Below are positions 1 through 8,097 of a stretch of DNA of 64,000 bases, one piece after another. The stretch covers positions 1,230-65,229 of the forward strand of contig JAZSAS010000085.1 of assembly GCA_045602005.1 (NCBI GenBank), read 5' to 3'. Both the position numbers and the translations under genes were made by a program. Positions within the stretch are counted from its first letter, which is position 1. Each line of letters starts with the position of its first letter. Origin of the DNA: Clostridia bacterium (GTDB taxonomy: Bacteria > Bacillota > Clostridia > UBA1381 > UBA9506). The notes under the pieces are model-generated. The model did no database searches. It was not told the DNA's origin and saw nothing but the letters and a program-made list of their open reading frames with translations.

Positions 1-1
1 T

Positions 2-127
2 TATGGGGAATTTCCAGATGAAAGTACATTAACTTATTATCTCGGTGTTGATTTTATAGATTGTAATTGGCTTGCGATTACTATGAAAGACGCAAAGGTG
101 GTCAGTTATGAAATTGGTATAACATAA
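2..127 (+). CDS. 3' end of an unidentified CDS entering from upstream (41 codons, ...VVSYEIGIT*)
   Basis: The frame is open from the window edge to TAA at 125-127. It is too short to identify. Confidence 0.3.
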   Translation, partial: YGEFPDESTLTYYLGVDFIDCNWLAITMKDAKVVSYEIGIT

Positions 128-184
128 AAGAGACAAATAGCTGACAAAGTGTTCATTTTTGATGTCAGCGTGAGAAAAGCACCG

Positions 185-213
185 TTGACTTTTGAGGCGG
201 CAGAGAGTATAAT
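185..213 (+). promoter_or_regulatory. sigma-A type promoter (TTGACT-17 nt-TATAAT)
   Basis: TTGACT at 185-190 and TATAAT at 208-213 with a 17-nt spacer, about 25 nt upstream of the apgM-like start. Confidence 0.6.
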
Positions 214-239
214 AATGGCAGAGGAAAGGAATGATTCAT

Positions 240-1448
240 ATGAAATATGTTATTTTTTTAGGTGACGGCATGGCGGACTTTCCATGCAAAGCCTTAGATG
301 GTAAAACACCTTTAGAATGTGCACATAAACCGAATATGGATAAAATATCAGCCATGGGCACGATGGGCCTTGCTAAAACGGTGGATGATTCTTTGAGTCC
401 GGGGAGTGACGTGGCTAATTTGAGTGTGTTGGGGTATGACCCTTGCCAGTGCTACAGCGGACGTTCGCCGCTGGAGGCTTTGTCAATCGGTGTTGATTTA
501 AAGGAAACAGACATAACCTTTCGTGCTAACCTGGTGACGCTTTCTGATGAAGAGGATTATAGCGAAAAAACTATGTTGGATTACAGTGCAGGTGAAATTT
601 CAACACAGGAAGCCGGCGAACTGATAGATTATTTAAAACTACATATGAAAATGCCGGGTTTCACTCTGCATCGTGGTTTTAGTTACCGTCATCTTCTGGT
701 TTGGGATCAAGGTAGCAAATCTGTGGTTTTAACGCCGCCTCATGATATTTCTAAGCAGCCGGTTGCCAATTATTTGCCTGCCGGAGAAGCGGGGGATGTG
801 TTGCTTGCTATCATGAAAAAGAGCAACGAGCTTCTTTGTAACCACCCCTTAAATCTTGAACGTGTTTCAAAAGGAAAAAATCCCGCAAACTCTCTGTGGA
901 TTTGGGGCGAGGGCACCAAACCGTCACTGGAGCTTTTCAAAAAGAAATTCGGCCTTTCAGCCACCATGATTTCTGCAGTCGATTTATTAAAAGGTATTGG
1001 CATTGGAACCGGCATGCAGGTTGTGGATGTGGAGGGTGCAACGGGTAATCTTTCGACAAATTTCAGCGGCAAGGCCGAGGCGGCTATTCGTGCACTTGAT
1101 GCAGGCAGTGATTTTGTTTACATTCACGTAGAGGCACCGGATGAATGCGGCCATCAGGGAGAGGCAGAAATGAAGGTTCGGGCCATTGAAGAAATAGATA
1201 AAAAGATTATTGAGCCGGTGATGGCTTATTTAGAGAATAGCGGAGAAGATTATGCTGTTTTGCTTGCGCCGGACCATCCCACACCTCTTGAGCTTATGAC
1301 GCATGTGAAAGACCCTGTTCCCTTTGCGATTTATAAAAAGGGGCAGACAGAGGGTTCCGGTCTTTCTTATACAGAAGCCAATGCAAAAAAGACAGGCCTT
1401 TATGTGGAAAAAGGCTGTCAATTGGTTGAACAACTGATTCAACAATAA
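240..1448 (+). CDS. apgM: cofactor-independent phosphoglycerate mutase, archaeal ApgM type (alkaline-phosphatase superfamily)
   Basis: Track ORF is 231-1448. The in-frame ATG at 240 sits 9 nt after AGGAAAGGA and gives MKYVIFLGDGMAD..., the typical N-terminus of this family. An HVEAPDECGH metal-site motif is present. Confidence 0.8.
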   Translation: MKYVIFLGDGMADFPCKALDGKTPLECAHKPNMDKISAMGTMGLAKTVDDSLSPGSDVANLSVLGYDPCQCYSGRSPLEALSIGVDLKETDITFRANLVTLSDEEDYSEKTMLDYSAGEISTQEAGELIDYLKLHMKMPGFTLHRGFSYRHLLVWDQGSKSVVLTPPHDISKQPVANYLPAGEAGDVLLAIMKKSNELLCNHPLNLERVSKGKNPANSLWIWGEGTKPSLELFKKKFGLSATMISAVDLLKGIGIGTGMQVVDVEGATGNLSTNFSGKAEAAIRALDAGSDFVYIHVEAPDECGHQGEAEMKVRAIEEIDKKIIEPVMAYLENSGEDYAVLLAPDHPTPLELMTHVKDPVPFAIYKKGQTEGSGLSYTEANAKKTGLYVEKGCQLVEQLIQQ

Positions 1449-1452
1449 AAAA

Positions 1453-1488
1453 AACAACCATTCCGAAAACCGGAATGGTTGTTTTTTT
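1453..1488. terminator. bidirectional rho-independent terminator
   Basis: Perfect 13-bp stem AACAACCATTCCG / CGGAATGGTTGTT with a 5-nt loop, flanked by an A-run upstream and a T-run downstream. It can serve apgM (+) and the micro-ORF/folT (-). Confidence 0.8.
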
Positions 1489-1496
1489 AATTTTCG

Positions 1497-1622
1497 TTAT
1501 CTGTCGTTTCTGATATTATCAAACTGGTTGTCGTTTCTGTTCTGCTGGTTGTTGTTCTGGTTTTTGTTTTGCTGGTTATTGTTCTGATTGTTGTTCTGCT
1601 GGTTCTGTTTCTTGTTATCCAT
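1497..1622 (-). CDS. unannotated 41-aa Asn/Gln-rich micro-protein
   Basis: ATG at 1622-1620 is preceded by AGGAGG (1631-1636, 8-nt spacer). Stop is TAA at 1499-1497, followed by the 1453-1488 terminator. Product: MDNKKQNQQNNNQNNNQQNKNQNNNQQNRNDNQFDNIRNDR (28 of 41 residues N or Q). It is below the ORF-track size cut-off and I recognise no family. Confidence 0.55.
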   Translation of the reverse strand: MDNKKQNQQNNNQNNNQQNKNQNNNQQNRNDNQFDNIRNDR

Positions 1623-1701
1623 CTTTTTTTCCTCCTGAAAATTTTGTATTTAGGGTATGTGCTGTCTTTAGTGTAAACAAAATTTCAGGAAATATACAAA
1701 A

Positions 1702-2229
1702 TCACATGAGTTTTAATTTTGGTGATAAAATTCGTGCACCAATCAATTCCCAGGTATATTTAGTACCCAATATTTTAATGGGCAGCATAACAGCGGCGCT
1801 GATTGTTCGTGCTAAAATTGTGGTCCAGACGGGATTGTGATATAAAATCCAAAGCCAGAATGTTCCCAAACCAATATCAATTACCAGTGTTTGCAATAAA
1901 ACACAGAGGGTGATGGAACTAAAATTCTTTTTCCGCTGATATAAAAACAATCCATATGATAGACCATACAGCGCTTCGCTGATGCCAAAACCGGGGAAAT
2001 ATGCAAGTCCTTTGGAATTAACAACCATTCCAAGAAAGTCAGCCAGAAATGCTGAACCTGCACCAATCCAGGGACCAAAGAGCATGGAACAGAGAGAGGT
2101 GGGCACAAATCCGAAACTGATACGTAAAAATTCAGTTTGCACTGAAAGAAAACGCACAATCACAATGTTCAGCGCAATGAGTAGCGCAATCGTCACCATT
2201 TTTTTTGTTCGCAAGAAATTTTTTTGCAT
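1702..2229 (-). CDS. folT: folate-family ECF transporter S component
   Basis: 175-aa polytopic membrane protein resembling ECF S components. It lies directly downstream of a THF riboswitch, the classic folT context. Confidence 0.8.
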   Translation of the reverse strand: MQKNFLRTKKMVTIALLIALNIVIVRFLSVQTEFLRISFGFVPTSLCSMLFGPWIGAGSAFLADFLGMVVNSKGLAYFPGFGISEALYGLSYGLFLYQRKKNFSSITLCVLLQTLVIDIGLGTFWLWILYHNPVWTTILARTISAAVMLPIKILGTKYTWELIGARILSPKLKLM

Positions 2230-2299
2230 AAAAATAACACGTCCTTTCTTTTGTCAGCAAATTGCCACAAAAAAAGGAGGTGCCAGACACTTTTTTCGT

Positions 2300-2404
2300 G
2301 ACAGCGGAATGCGGTTATGATACCGCAGGTGTGCAAGCACACCTTTCGTACAGTGGCAACTTCCCGTCCAACTGTCACTTAACGCATCAAAACCTACTCT
2401 GCCT
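2300..2404 (-). promoter_or_regulatory. THF (tetrahydrofolate, folT-motif) riboswitch
   Basis: Minus-strand RNA is AGGCAGAGUAGGUUUUGAUGCGUUAAGUGACAGUUGGACGGGAAGUUGCCACUGUACGAAAGGUGUGCUUGCACACCUGCGGUAUCAUAACCGCAUUCCGCUGUC. It carries the conserved THF-riboswitch blocks (AGAGUAG, GCGUUAAGUG, GGGA, ACGAA, CCGCAUUCCGCU). Supporting helices are GGUUUUGAU/AUCAUAACC, ACAGU/ACUGU and GGUGUGC/GCACACC. Confidence 0.85.
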
Positions 2405-2428
2405 TCTATGAAATTTTTAACAAGTATT

Positions 2429-2457
2429 AGTATAATACAAAATAAACTGTTTGTCTA
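2429..2457 (-). promoter_or_regulatory. sigma-A type promoter for the riboswitch-folT transcript (TAGACA-17-TATACT)
   Basis: On the minus strand, TAGACA (2457-2452) and TATACT (2434-2429) with a 17-nt spacer, about 25 nt upstream of the riboswitch 5' end. Confidence 0.5.
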
Positions 2458-2499
2458 TAGTTTTCTCTATAGTTTTTTTAAAATATGTCGATTTTTTAA

Positions 2500-2529
2500 G
2501 AATAATTCTCTTCGTGCGCACTCACACTA
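2500..2529 (+). promoter_or_regulatory. forespore sigma-G-like promoter (GAATA-18 nt-CACACTA)
   Basis: GAATA at 2500-2504 and CACACTAA at 2523-2530 fit the B. subtilis sigma-G consensus GHATR-N18-CAHWHTAH, 30 nt upstream of spoVAD. spoVA genes are sigma-G dependent in Bacillus. Confidence 0.5.
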
Positions 2530-2559
2530 ATTGAAAAAGGAGAAGAAAGGCGAAATAAA

Positions 2560-3579
2560 ATGAGTAAAGAGAAAAAAACGGGAAAGCAGACGATAGAGTA
2601 CAGCAAACCGCCGGTGATTTTGGGAACTGGTACTGTTGCCGGCAAAAAAGAATCAGAAGGACCAATCGGCTCTTTTTTTGATGTTGTGGCTGAGGATAAT
2701 GTTTTGGGACAAAAAACCTGGGAAAAGGCCGAAAGTGAATTCGCCCGCCGTGCCGGAAAACAGGCTTTTGAAAACAGCAATGTTTCACCGGATAAAATTG
2801 ACTATTTGTTTGGCGGTGATTTGCTGAATCAATGTACCGGTACCAGCTATGGCATTCGTGAATTCGGCATTCCTTTTATGGGTCTATATGGTGCGTGTTC
2901 TACAATGGCTTTAGGACTTTCAATTGCAGCAAGTTATATTGATGGCGGCTATGCAGACTATTGTGCCGCCATTACCTCAAGCCATTTTTGTTCGGCTGAG
3001 AAACAGTTTCGCTTTCCCTTAGAATATGGCGGACAACGGCCGCCCAGTGCTCAATGGACTGTGACCGGCTCTGCCTGTGCTGTGGTTGGCAGCATCGGCG
3101 AGGGACCGGTGATTGATTGTGTAACAAATGGTAAAATCATTGATATGGGCATTACAGACGCCAACAACATGGGCGCTGCTATGGCACCTGCAGCAGCAGA
3201 CACTCTCATCACTCATTTTCGTGACACAGGACGTAGTCCTGATTATTATGACTTGATTCTCAGCGGTGATTTGGGTCTGATTGGAAAAGCAGTGGTCATA
3301 GATATGCTGAGTGAATCAGGTTACGATGTTTCGAAGAATTATAATGATTGCGGTTTGATTATTTTTGACGGCGAAAAGCAGGATACCCATGCAGGTGGCA
3401 GCGGATGCGCTTGTGCAGGATTGACTTTTTGCGGCTATATTTATAAGCTTCTGCAGAAGAAGGAGTTAAACCGTGTCTTGTTCATGGCAACCGGCGCTTT
3501 GCAAAGCACGTTGGTGGTCCAGCAAGGCGAGAGCATGCCGGGCATTGCCCATGCGGTGAGCATTACGACTGTTCATTAA
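2560..3579 (+). CDS. spoVAD: stage V sporulation protein AD (thiolase-fold DPA-channel component)
   Basis: 339 aa. The N-terminus GKQTIEYSKPPVILGTGTVAGKKESEGPIGSFFD and the overall length are typical of SpoVAD. RBS AAAGGAGAAG lies upstream. Confidence 0.9.
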   Translation: MSKEKKTGKQTIEYSKPPVILGTGTVAGKKESEGPIGSFFDVVAEDNVLGQKTWEKAESEFARRAGKQAFENSNVSPDKIDYLFGGDLLNQCTGTSYGIREFGIPFMGLYGACSTMALGLSIAASYIDGGYADYCAAITSSHFCSAEKQFRFPLEYGGQRPPSAQWTVTGSACAVVGSIGEGPVIDCVTNGKIIDMGITDANNMGAAMAPAAADTLITHFRDTGRSPDYYDLILSGDLGLIGKAVVIDMLSESGYDVSKNYNDCGLIIFDGEKQDTHAGGSGCACAGLTFCGYIYKLLQKKELNRVLFMATGALQSTLVVQQGESMPGIAHAVSITTVH

Positions 3580-4660
3580 GCACTGCGGCAATGGCTTCGC
3601 CCACCAGCTTGCCTGAAAGCTGTGCTTCCTCCAGAGTGTTCACACCGGTGCCCACCTCAATAATCATTGACCCTTTTGTGGCATGTTGGTTAAATCGTTC
3701 TGTTCGAATGTTGATTGACCGGCAAAGACCGGGCTGAGAGTGTTGCAGTTTGTTTTGTATCTGCGCGGCAAAAGCCAGGTTGTGCCGCCAGTTGGGATGA
3801 TAAAGCCCCATAGAATCCGTACCCATGACAAACATAATCTGGGCGGCTTTTTTGCCGTCCTTTGTTATGCAGGTGGGCTTAACAAGAGTGCCGTCGTCAC
3901 GCTTGATATAATCTCTGTGAATATCCAGCACCACCTCAAGCGTGGGGTAGGCAGAAAGATTTTTTTCAATGACCGTTAAAGCTTTTTTATAAGATTGATT
4001 GTAGGAGGGGTTGTCGTTTTGCGTGGTATCGTGAATCACACCGATGCCGGCGGCAGATAGTGCTTCATAAATGGCTTTTCCCACACTGACTACATTCCGG
4101 TTCGGGTCTTCGCTGCGGGAGCCTTCACTGCAAGCATAGGCTTCAGAGGTGTGGGTGTGAACAATTAACACACGAGGCGCACCATCTTGAGGGTAAAAGC
4201 CCAGTTCTGTGTCTAAAAGCACCTGTGCATCAACCGGCACACCCGGTGTGTTAATAAAGCTTATGGCCTTTGTTGAAACATCGCTTTCCCGGGTGTTGTT
4301 TGTTGGTGGTTCGGTGGCTTCTTTCGAATTTTCTTTAGCACCGGTTTCTTTTTTTATAATGCCGCCATATTTGGCGGCATATTTTTTGTTCATAATCTCA
4401 GAGGCTTTAATGCTTAACACGGACCTCTCCAGTATGTCATAAGCAGAAAATTTGAAGCTTGTCTCTTCAGGGGAGTGAAAAGCAAGCACTGTTTGCGTTA
4501 GACTTTGAATCAGAAATTTTGAAGATAGACCGGACAAAGGCAAGCCGGTTGCCCAAAAAAGAGAAATTGTAATTGTGATAGCAGCGGTATATATTGTTTT
4601 ACGAATACTTTTTTCCAACGTAAAAACATGTCCTCTGAATCTATGTTTTTTTCTTCTCAT
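3563..4660 (-). CDS. spoIIP: stage II sporulation protein P (engulfment amidase/endopeptidase)
   Basis: 365 aa with an N-terminal TM segment. VLIVHTHTSEAY and LDIHRD motifs are typical of SpoIIP. Confidence 0.85.
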   Translation of the reverse strand: MRRKKHRFRGHVFTLEKSIRKTIYTAAITITISLFWATGLPLSGLSSKFLIQSLTQTVLAFHSPEETSFKFSAYDILERSVLSIKASEIMNKKYAAKYGGIIKKETGAKENSKEATEPPTNNTRESDVSTKAISFINTPGVPVDAQVLLDTELGFYPQDGAPRVLIVHTHTSEAYACSEGSRSEDPNRNVVSVGKAIYEALSAAGIGVIHDTTQNDNPSYNQSYKKALTVIEKNLSAYPTLEVVLDIHRDYIKRDDGTLVKPTCITKDGKKAAQIMFVMGTDSMGLYHPNWRHNLAFAAQIQNKLQHSQPGLCRSINIRTERFNQHATKGSMIIEVGTGVNTLEEAQLSGKLVGEAIAAVLNEQS

Positions 4661-4732
4661 AACATCCCACCTTTTTTGTATATTTTTACCATTCTATTCA
4701 GGCAATCGGAACAATATTCCTGCTTAGAATAC

Positions 4733-4761
4733 TTGACGGAATTTGTGAATTGTAGTACAAT
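4733..4761 (+). promoter_or_regulatory. sigma-A type promoter (TTGACG-17-TACAAT)
   Basis: TTGACG at 4733-4738 and TACAAT at 4756-4761, followed by AAGGAGG and the birA ATG at 4782. Confidence 0.55.
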
Positions 4762-4781
4762 AATAAGGAGGGTGAGATTAC

Positions 4782-5582
4782 ATGAATCGGGATATTCAAT
4801 CTGAACAGAAATTATTTGAATTGTTGCACGATTGTGCCTTTTTTCAAGATGCAATTTGTTATGACTGTTTGCCCTCTACCAATGATCTTGCCAAAGAGCT
4901 GGCGGCCAGAGGAGCACCCCAGGGGACGGTGGTTTTGGCAGAGAGCCAGACACAGGGCAGGGGAAGAATGGGGCGGCATTTTTATTCTCCTAAAGGGCAC
5001 GGGCTTTATATGAGCCTGATTCTCCGTCCTGATGCACAACAAAACAATGCCGGATTATTGACTGCCTGTGGTGCCGTGGCGGCGCAGCAGGCAATTTTAA
5101 AGTTGACAGGTGTTTCTGTGAGCATTAAATGGGTTAATGATTTATATTATCAAAATAAAAAGCTGTGCGGCATTTTAGCAGAGGGTCATGTTTCTGAGAG
5201 CGGAACACTGGATTCAGTGATTTTGGGCATCGGCATCAACCTCACACCGCCCAAAGAAGGTTATGCTGCCGAAATTGCCGGAAAAACAATATCTGTTTCG
5301 GAGTTTGTGCCGCAGGAGCCAGACAGACTGGCACTGTGTGCTGCCATTGTTCACCAATGGGCTGATTTTTATCATAAACTGCCTGAAACCGGCTTTCTGG
5401 AAATTTACAGAAAGGCCTCGTGTGTTTTAGGGAAAACAGTTCGCTTTATTCAAAACGGCAACATGCAAATCGGCACGGCGGTGGATATTGACCAGCAAGC
5501 TCGTTTGGTGGTTCGTTTATCTAATGTTAAACAAACAACATTAGGAACCGGTGAAATCAGCCTGTTGGGGTCTTTTTTGTAA
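4782..5582 (+). CDS. birA: biotin--[acetyl-CoA-carboxylase] ligase (group I, no N-terminal HTH)
   Basis: 266 aa with a GRGRMGRHFYSPKGHGLYMS biotin-ligase signature. Confidence 0.85.
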   Translation: MNRDIQSEQKLFELLHDCAFFQDAICYDCLPSTNDLAKELAARGAPQGTVVLAESQTQGRGRMGRHFYSPKGHGLYMSLILRPDAQQNNAGLLTACGAVAAQQAILKLTGVSVSIKWVNDLYYQNKKLCGILAEGHVSESGTLDSVILGIGINLTPPKEGYAAEIAGKTISVSEFVPQEPDRLALCAAIVHQWADFYHKLPETGFLEIYRKASCVLGKTVRFIQNGNMQIGTAVDIDQQARLVVRLSNVKQTTLGTGEISLLGSFL

Positions 5583-5609
5583 AGTTTTTGTGACGATTTA
5601 AGTTGTGGC

Positions 5610-5638
5610 TTGCATTCCTTTTGGAAATCATATAGAAT
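5610..5638 (+). promoter_or_regulatory. sigma-A type promoter (TTGCAT-17-TAGAAT)
   Basis: TTGCAT at 5610-5615 and TAGAAT at 5633-5638, upstream of the 5676 CDS. Confidence 0.5.
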
Positions 5639-5675
5639 TAAAATACATACTCCTGTTTGAAAGGATTGACAGAAA

Positions 5676-7028
5676 ATGAAACCTGTTAGAAATATTATTA
5701 TCTTAGTGTTGGTGATTGCACTCTTAGGTGGCGGCATGTATCTCATTAACCAATATGAGCCTGCATCAGAGGAACCCGCACCCACATCTTCGCCTGCCAT
5801 TACTCTGTTTAAAACAGAAAAGGCTTCTATAACAGCGGTGACCGTAACCAGACCCGACGAAACCTATACCCTAAAAAAACAAGGGGGGATATGGGTTGCA
5901 AATGACGACCCGTCTATTGCAATTAGTCAATCTCGCACCGATACGTTTTTATATGAGTGTGCCAACATTACCGTGCAGGAGTTGATTGAAGAAAATCCGC
6001 AGGATGTAAGCCAATACGGCCTGGATCATCCGGCTCGCACCGTTCGTATTGAAGAGGCTGACGGAACTGTAACAACGGTGCTAATCGGCAACACAAGTTT
6101 TGATTTTTCTGTTTCTTATGTGATGCTGGAAGGTAGGCAGGCTGTATATACCAGAAGTGCTTATGATAGTGAAACCTTATCATGCTCTCTTTCAGAACTA
6201 TTAGATGACCGTATTTATAGTATGGATATAGAGAACGTTGGCGGCCTCACCATTAACCGTAAAGGTGCAGAACCCATTCGCCTTGTTAATGTGAACATGA
6301 CGCCTGACGAGGAGACACCTTCCTATGAATGGTACATGGAAAAACCGATTCACAAGGAGGGTAACCAATATACAATCACCAGAATGCTGTTGACTAATAT
6401 GGTGTCGCAGTCGGCATTAGAAATTATTCCCATTCCGCAAAATGGGGTAGATTATGGTTTTTCAGACCCTCAAGCGACCTATAGCATCTGGAATCTTGAT
6501 AAAACCCAAACATATACAGTCACTGTTGGTAAGGAAGTTGGCGAAAACACCTATCTGCGCCTTGAAGGTGTAAAAACTGTGTTTGCGGTGCCAACAGAAA
6601 TGCTTGATTTTCTGCAGTTTGGTTATCTGGATTTGGTGGATAAGCTGGTTCATGTTGAAAACATTAACGAGGTGTCTGAGGTTCAGTTAAACGGACTTGG
6701 TAAATCCTACACCATGTCTGTTTCCGGCGAGGAAGATGCTGCAGTTTATAAAATCAACGGAAAAACTGTGGAAGAAAAAAATTTTAAAACAGCCTATCAG
6801 ACGGTTTTAGGTTTGACCTTAAACGATATTGCCAAAAAGTCTTATACAGGCAAGACGGAGTTTACCATCCGTTACCTGAAAAAGGACGGCAGTGAGTCTG
6901 TCTTAGAATGCGTGCATTATGATGACAGAAATTATCTGGTGCTGGTAAACAAAGAGGGCAACCTATTGATTCGTAAAAAACAAATTGAGAATTTGATTAC
7001 CACACTGGATAAGACCATTTCAGAATAA
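5676..7028 (+). CDS. membrane-anchored protein of unknown function (DUF4340-like)
   Basis: 450 aa with one N-terminal TM helix followed by a soluble region. The family assignment is from memory only. Confidence 0.5.
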   Translation: MKPVRNIIILVLVIALLGGGMYLINQYEPASEEPAPTSSPAITLFKTEKASITAVTVTRPDETYTLKKQGGIWVANDDPSIAISQSRTDTFLYECANITVQELIEENPQDVSQYGLDHPARTVRIEEADGTVTTVLIGNTSFDFSVSYVMLEGRQAVYTRSAYDSETLSCSLSELLDDRIYSMDIENVGGLTINRKGAEPIRLVNVNMTPDEETPSYEWYMEKPIHKEGNQYTITRMLLTNMVSQSALEIIPIPQNGVDYGFSDPQATYSIWNLDKTQTYTVTVGKEVGENTYLRLEGVKTVFAVPTEMLDFLQFGYLDLVDKLVHVENINEVSEVQLNGLGKSYTMSVSGEEDAAVYKINGKTVEEKNFKTAYQTVLGLTLNDIAKKSYTGKTEFTIRYLKKDGSESVLECVHYDDRNYLVLVNKEGNLLIRKKQIENLITTLDKTISE

Positions 7029-7041
7029 AAGGCGGTGCAGC

Positions 7042-8085
7042 ATGACAACATCACAGTTGAAGGAAATTTTAAAATCTAACATTTTAACGTTGGCAACAGC
7101 TGACAAGGCTGACCCTAGAGCTATAGAGGAGCATGTTCAAACAGGCGCTAATCTTTTGTTGGCGCCTGTTTGTCAGCATCTAAACAAAGAAGAAGAGGCA
7201 ATGCTTGATGTGATTTTTGAAGCTGCTTCTGATAAGGCTTTTGTTGCAGGACAAATTCCGGCACCTGCTGAACCCCTTTCTGACGATGAATGTTATCAGG
7301 CTTATTATGAGTTTGTTCTTCGTCAGGCACAATGGCTGGAGCAAATGGATGTTTCTATGATTTTTCTAACGGATTTTTCTGACCCCATCTCCGCCAGATG
7401 TGCGGTTTTAGCCGTTCGTGAAGCAACACCGTTGCCGATTTGTGCCGGCATTCGTCTTGAGGATGATGAAAAATCCTTGCGCCGTGGCGTTTCTCTTTTG
7501 ATTACCTTGCAGGCCCTTGAGGTTTGTGCTGTTGGCTGCACCGGTATGTATATTGATGATGCATTACATGTGCTAACGGAGTTACAGGCCTTTGCCACTG
7601 TGCCGTTGTTTGCAATTAGTCATCCGGGACAATATTTAGAGCCGGAGGATTACGGGGATTATATTCCTTCTTTTGTTCATCAAAAGTGTGCCATGATAGG
7701 TTTATCTGCAGGCAGACCTGCCTTTTCTGCAGCGGCTAGCAAAGAAATCTGGCAGCTATCTCCCTTAAAACCAGACTTTCCCGTTTTAAATGCCATTTGT
7801 TCTCAAGATGAAGTCATGTTCTTAGACTTCTCGGGGAAAATTATTAGCCAAAATAAGCAGCTTTTGGAAATCAAAACTGAAAAAGGCGAGGAGCTTGAGC
7901 AGGTTTTAGAACTGGTAAATCGCCCGGGAACAGGTCCTGTTTGCTTTAACATTCGTGATATCGACCTTTTAGAATATGCCATTACCCGTTATGCCGGCCG
8001 TCCGGCTGTGAAATCTGATGAATATGGTGAGATTACAGCCAAGGAATTCGGCGCACTGGTGTTGGAATCGGAAACCAAAGAATAG
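7042..8085 (+). CDS. conserved hypothetical protein, weakly homocysteine-S-methyltransferase-domain-like
   Basis: 347-aa ORF tightly spaced in the operon. Motif order (TGANLLL, VAGQIP, LTDFSD, VGCTG, MIGLSAGRP) loosely parallels the Hcy-binding TIM-barrel domain, but the GGCCG zinc motif is absent. Confidence 0.45.
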   Translation: MTTSQLKEILKSNILTLATADKADPRAIEEHVQTGANLLLAPVCQHLNKEEEAMLDVIFEAASDKAFVAGQIPAPAEPLSDDECYQAYYEFVLRQAQWLEQMDVSMIFLTDFSDPISARCAVLAVREATPLPICAGIRLEDDEKSLRRGVSLLITLQALEVCAVGCTGMYIDDALHVLTELQAFATVPLFAISHPGQYLEPEDYGDYIPSFVHQKCAMIGLSAGRPAFSAAASKEIWQLSPLKPDFPVLNAICSQDEVMFLDFSGKIISQNKQLLEIKTEKGEELEQVLELVNRPGTGPVCFNIRDIDLLEYAITRYAGRPAVKSDEYGEITAKEFGALVLESETKE

Positions 8086-8097
8086 GAGCGAAGACAA

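Noticed and set aside
1530-1616. GTT/CTG triplet tract considered as a non-coding simple repeat or slippage-prone contingency locus.
   Set aside because: The triplets are not a uniform tandem repeat. The tract is exactly framed by a strong RBS, ATG, stop and terminator, so coding is the simpler reading. It is kept as a finding rather than called a repeat.
4661-4732. Sigma-E/sigma-F type promoter for spoIIP (ATATACA -10-like element on the minus strand).
   Set aside because: The match to the kmATATT-N14-CATACAhT consensus is only partial and the -35 is unconvincing, so I did not call it as a feature.
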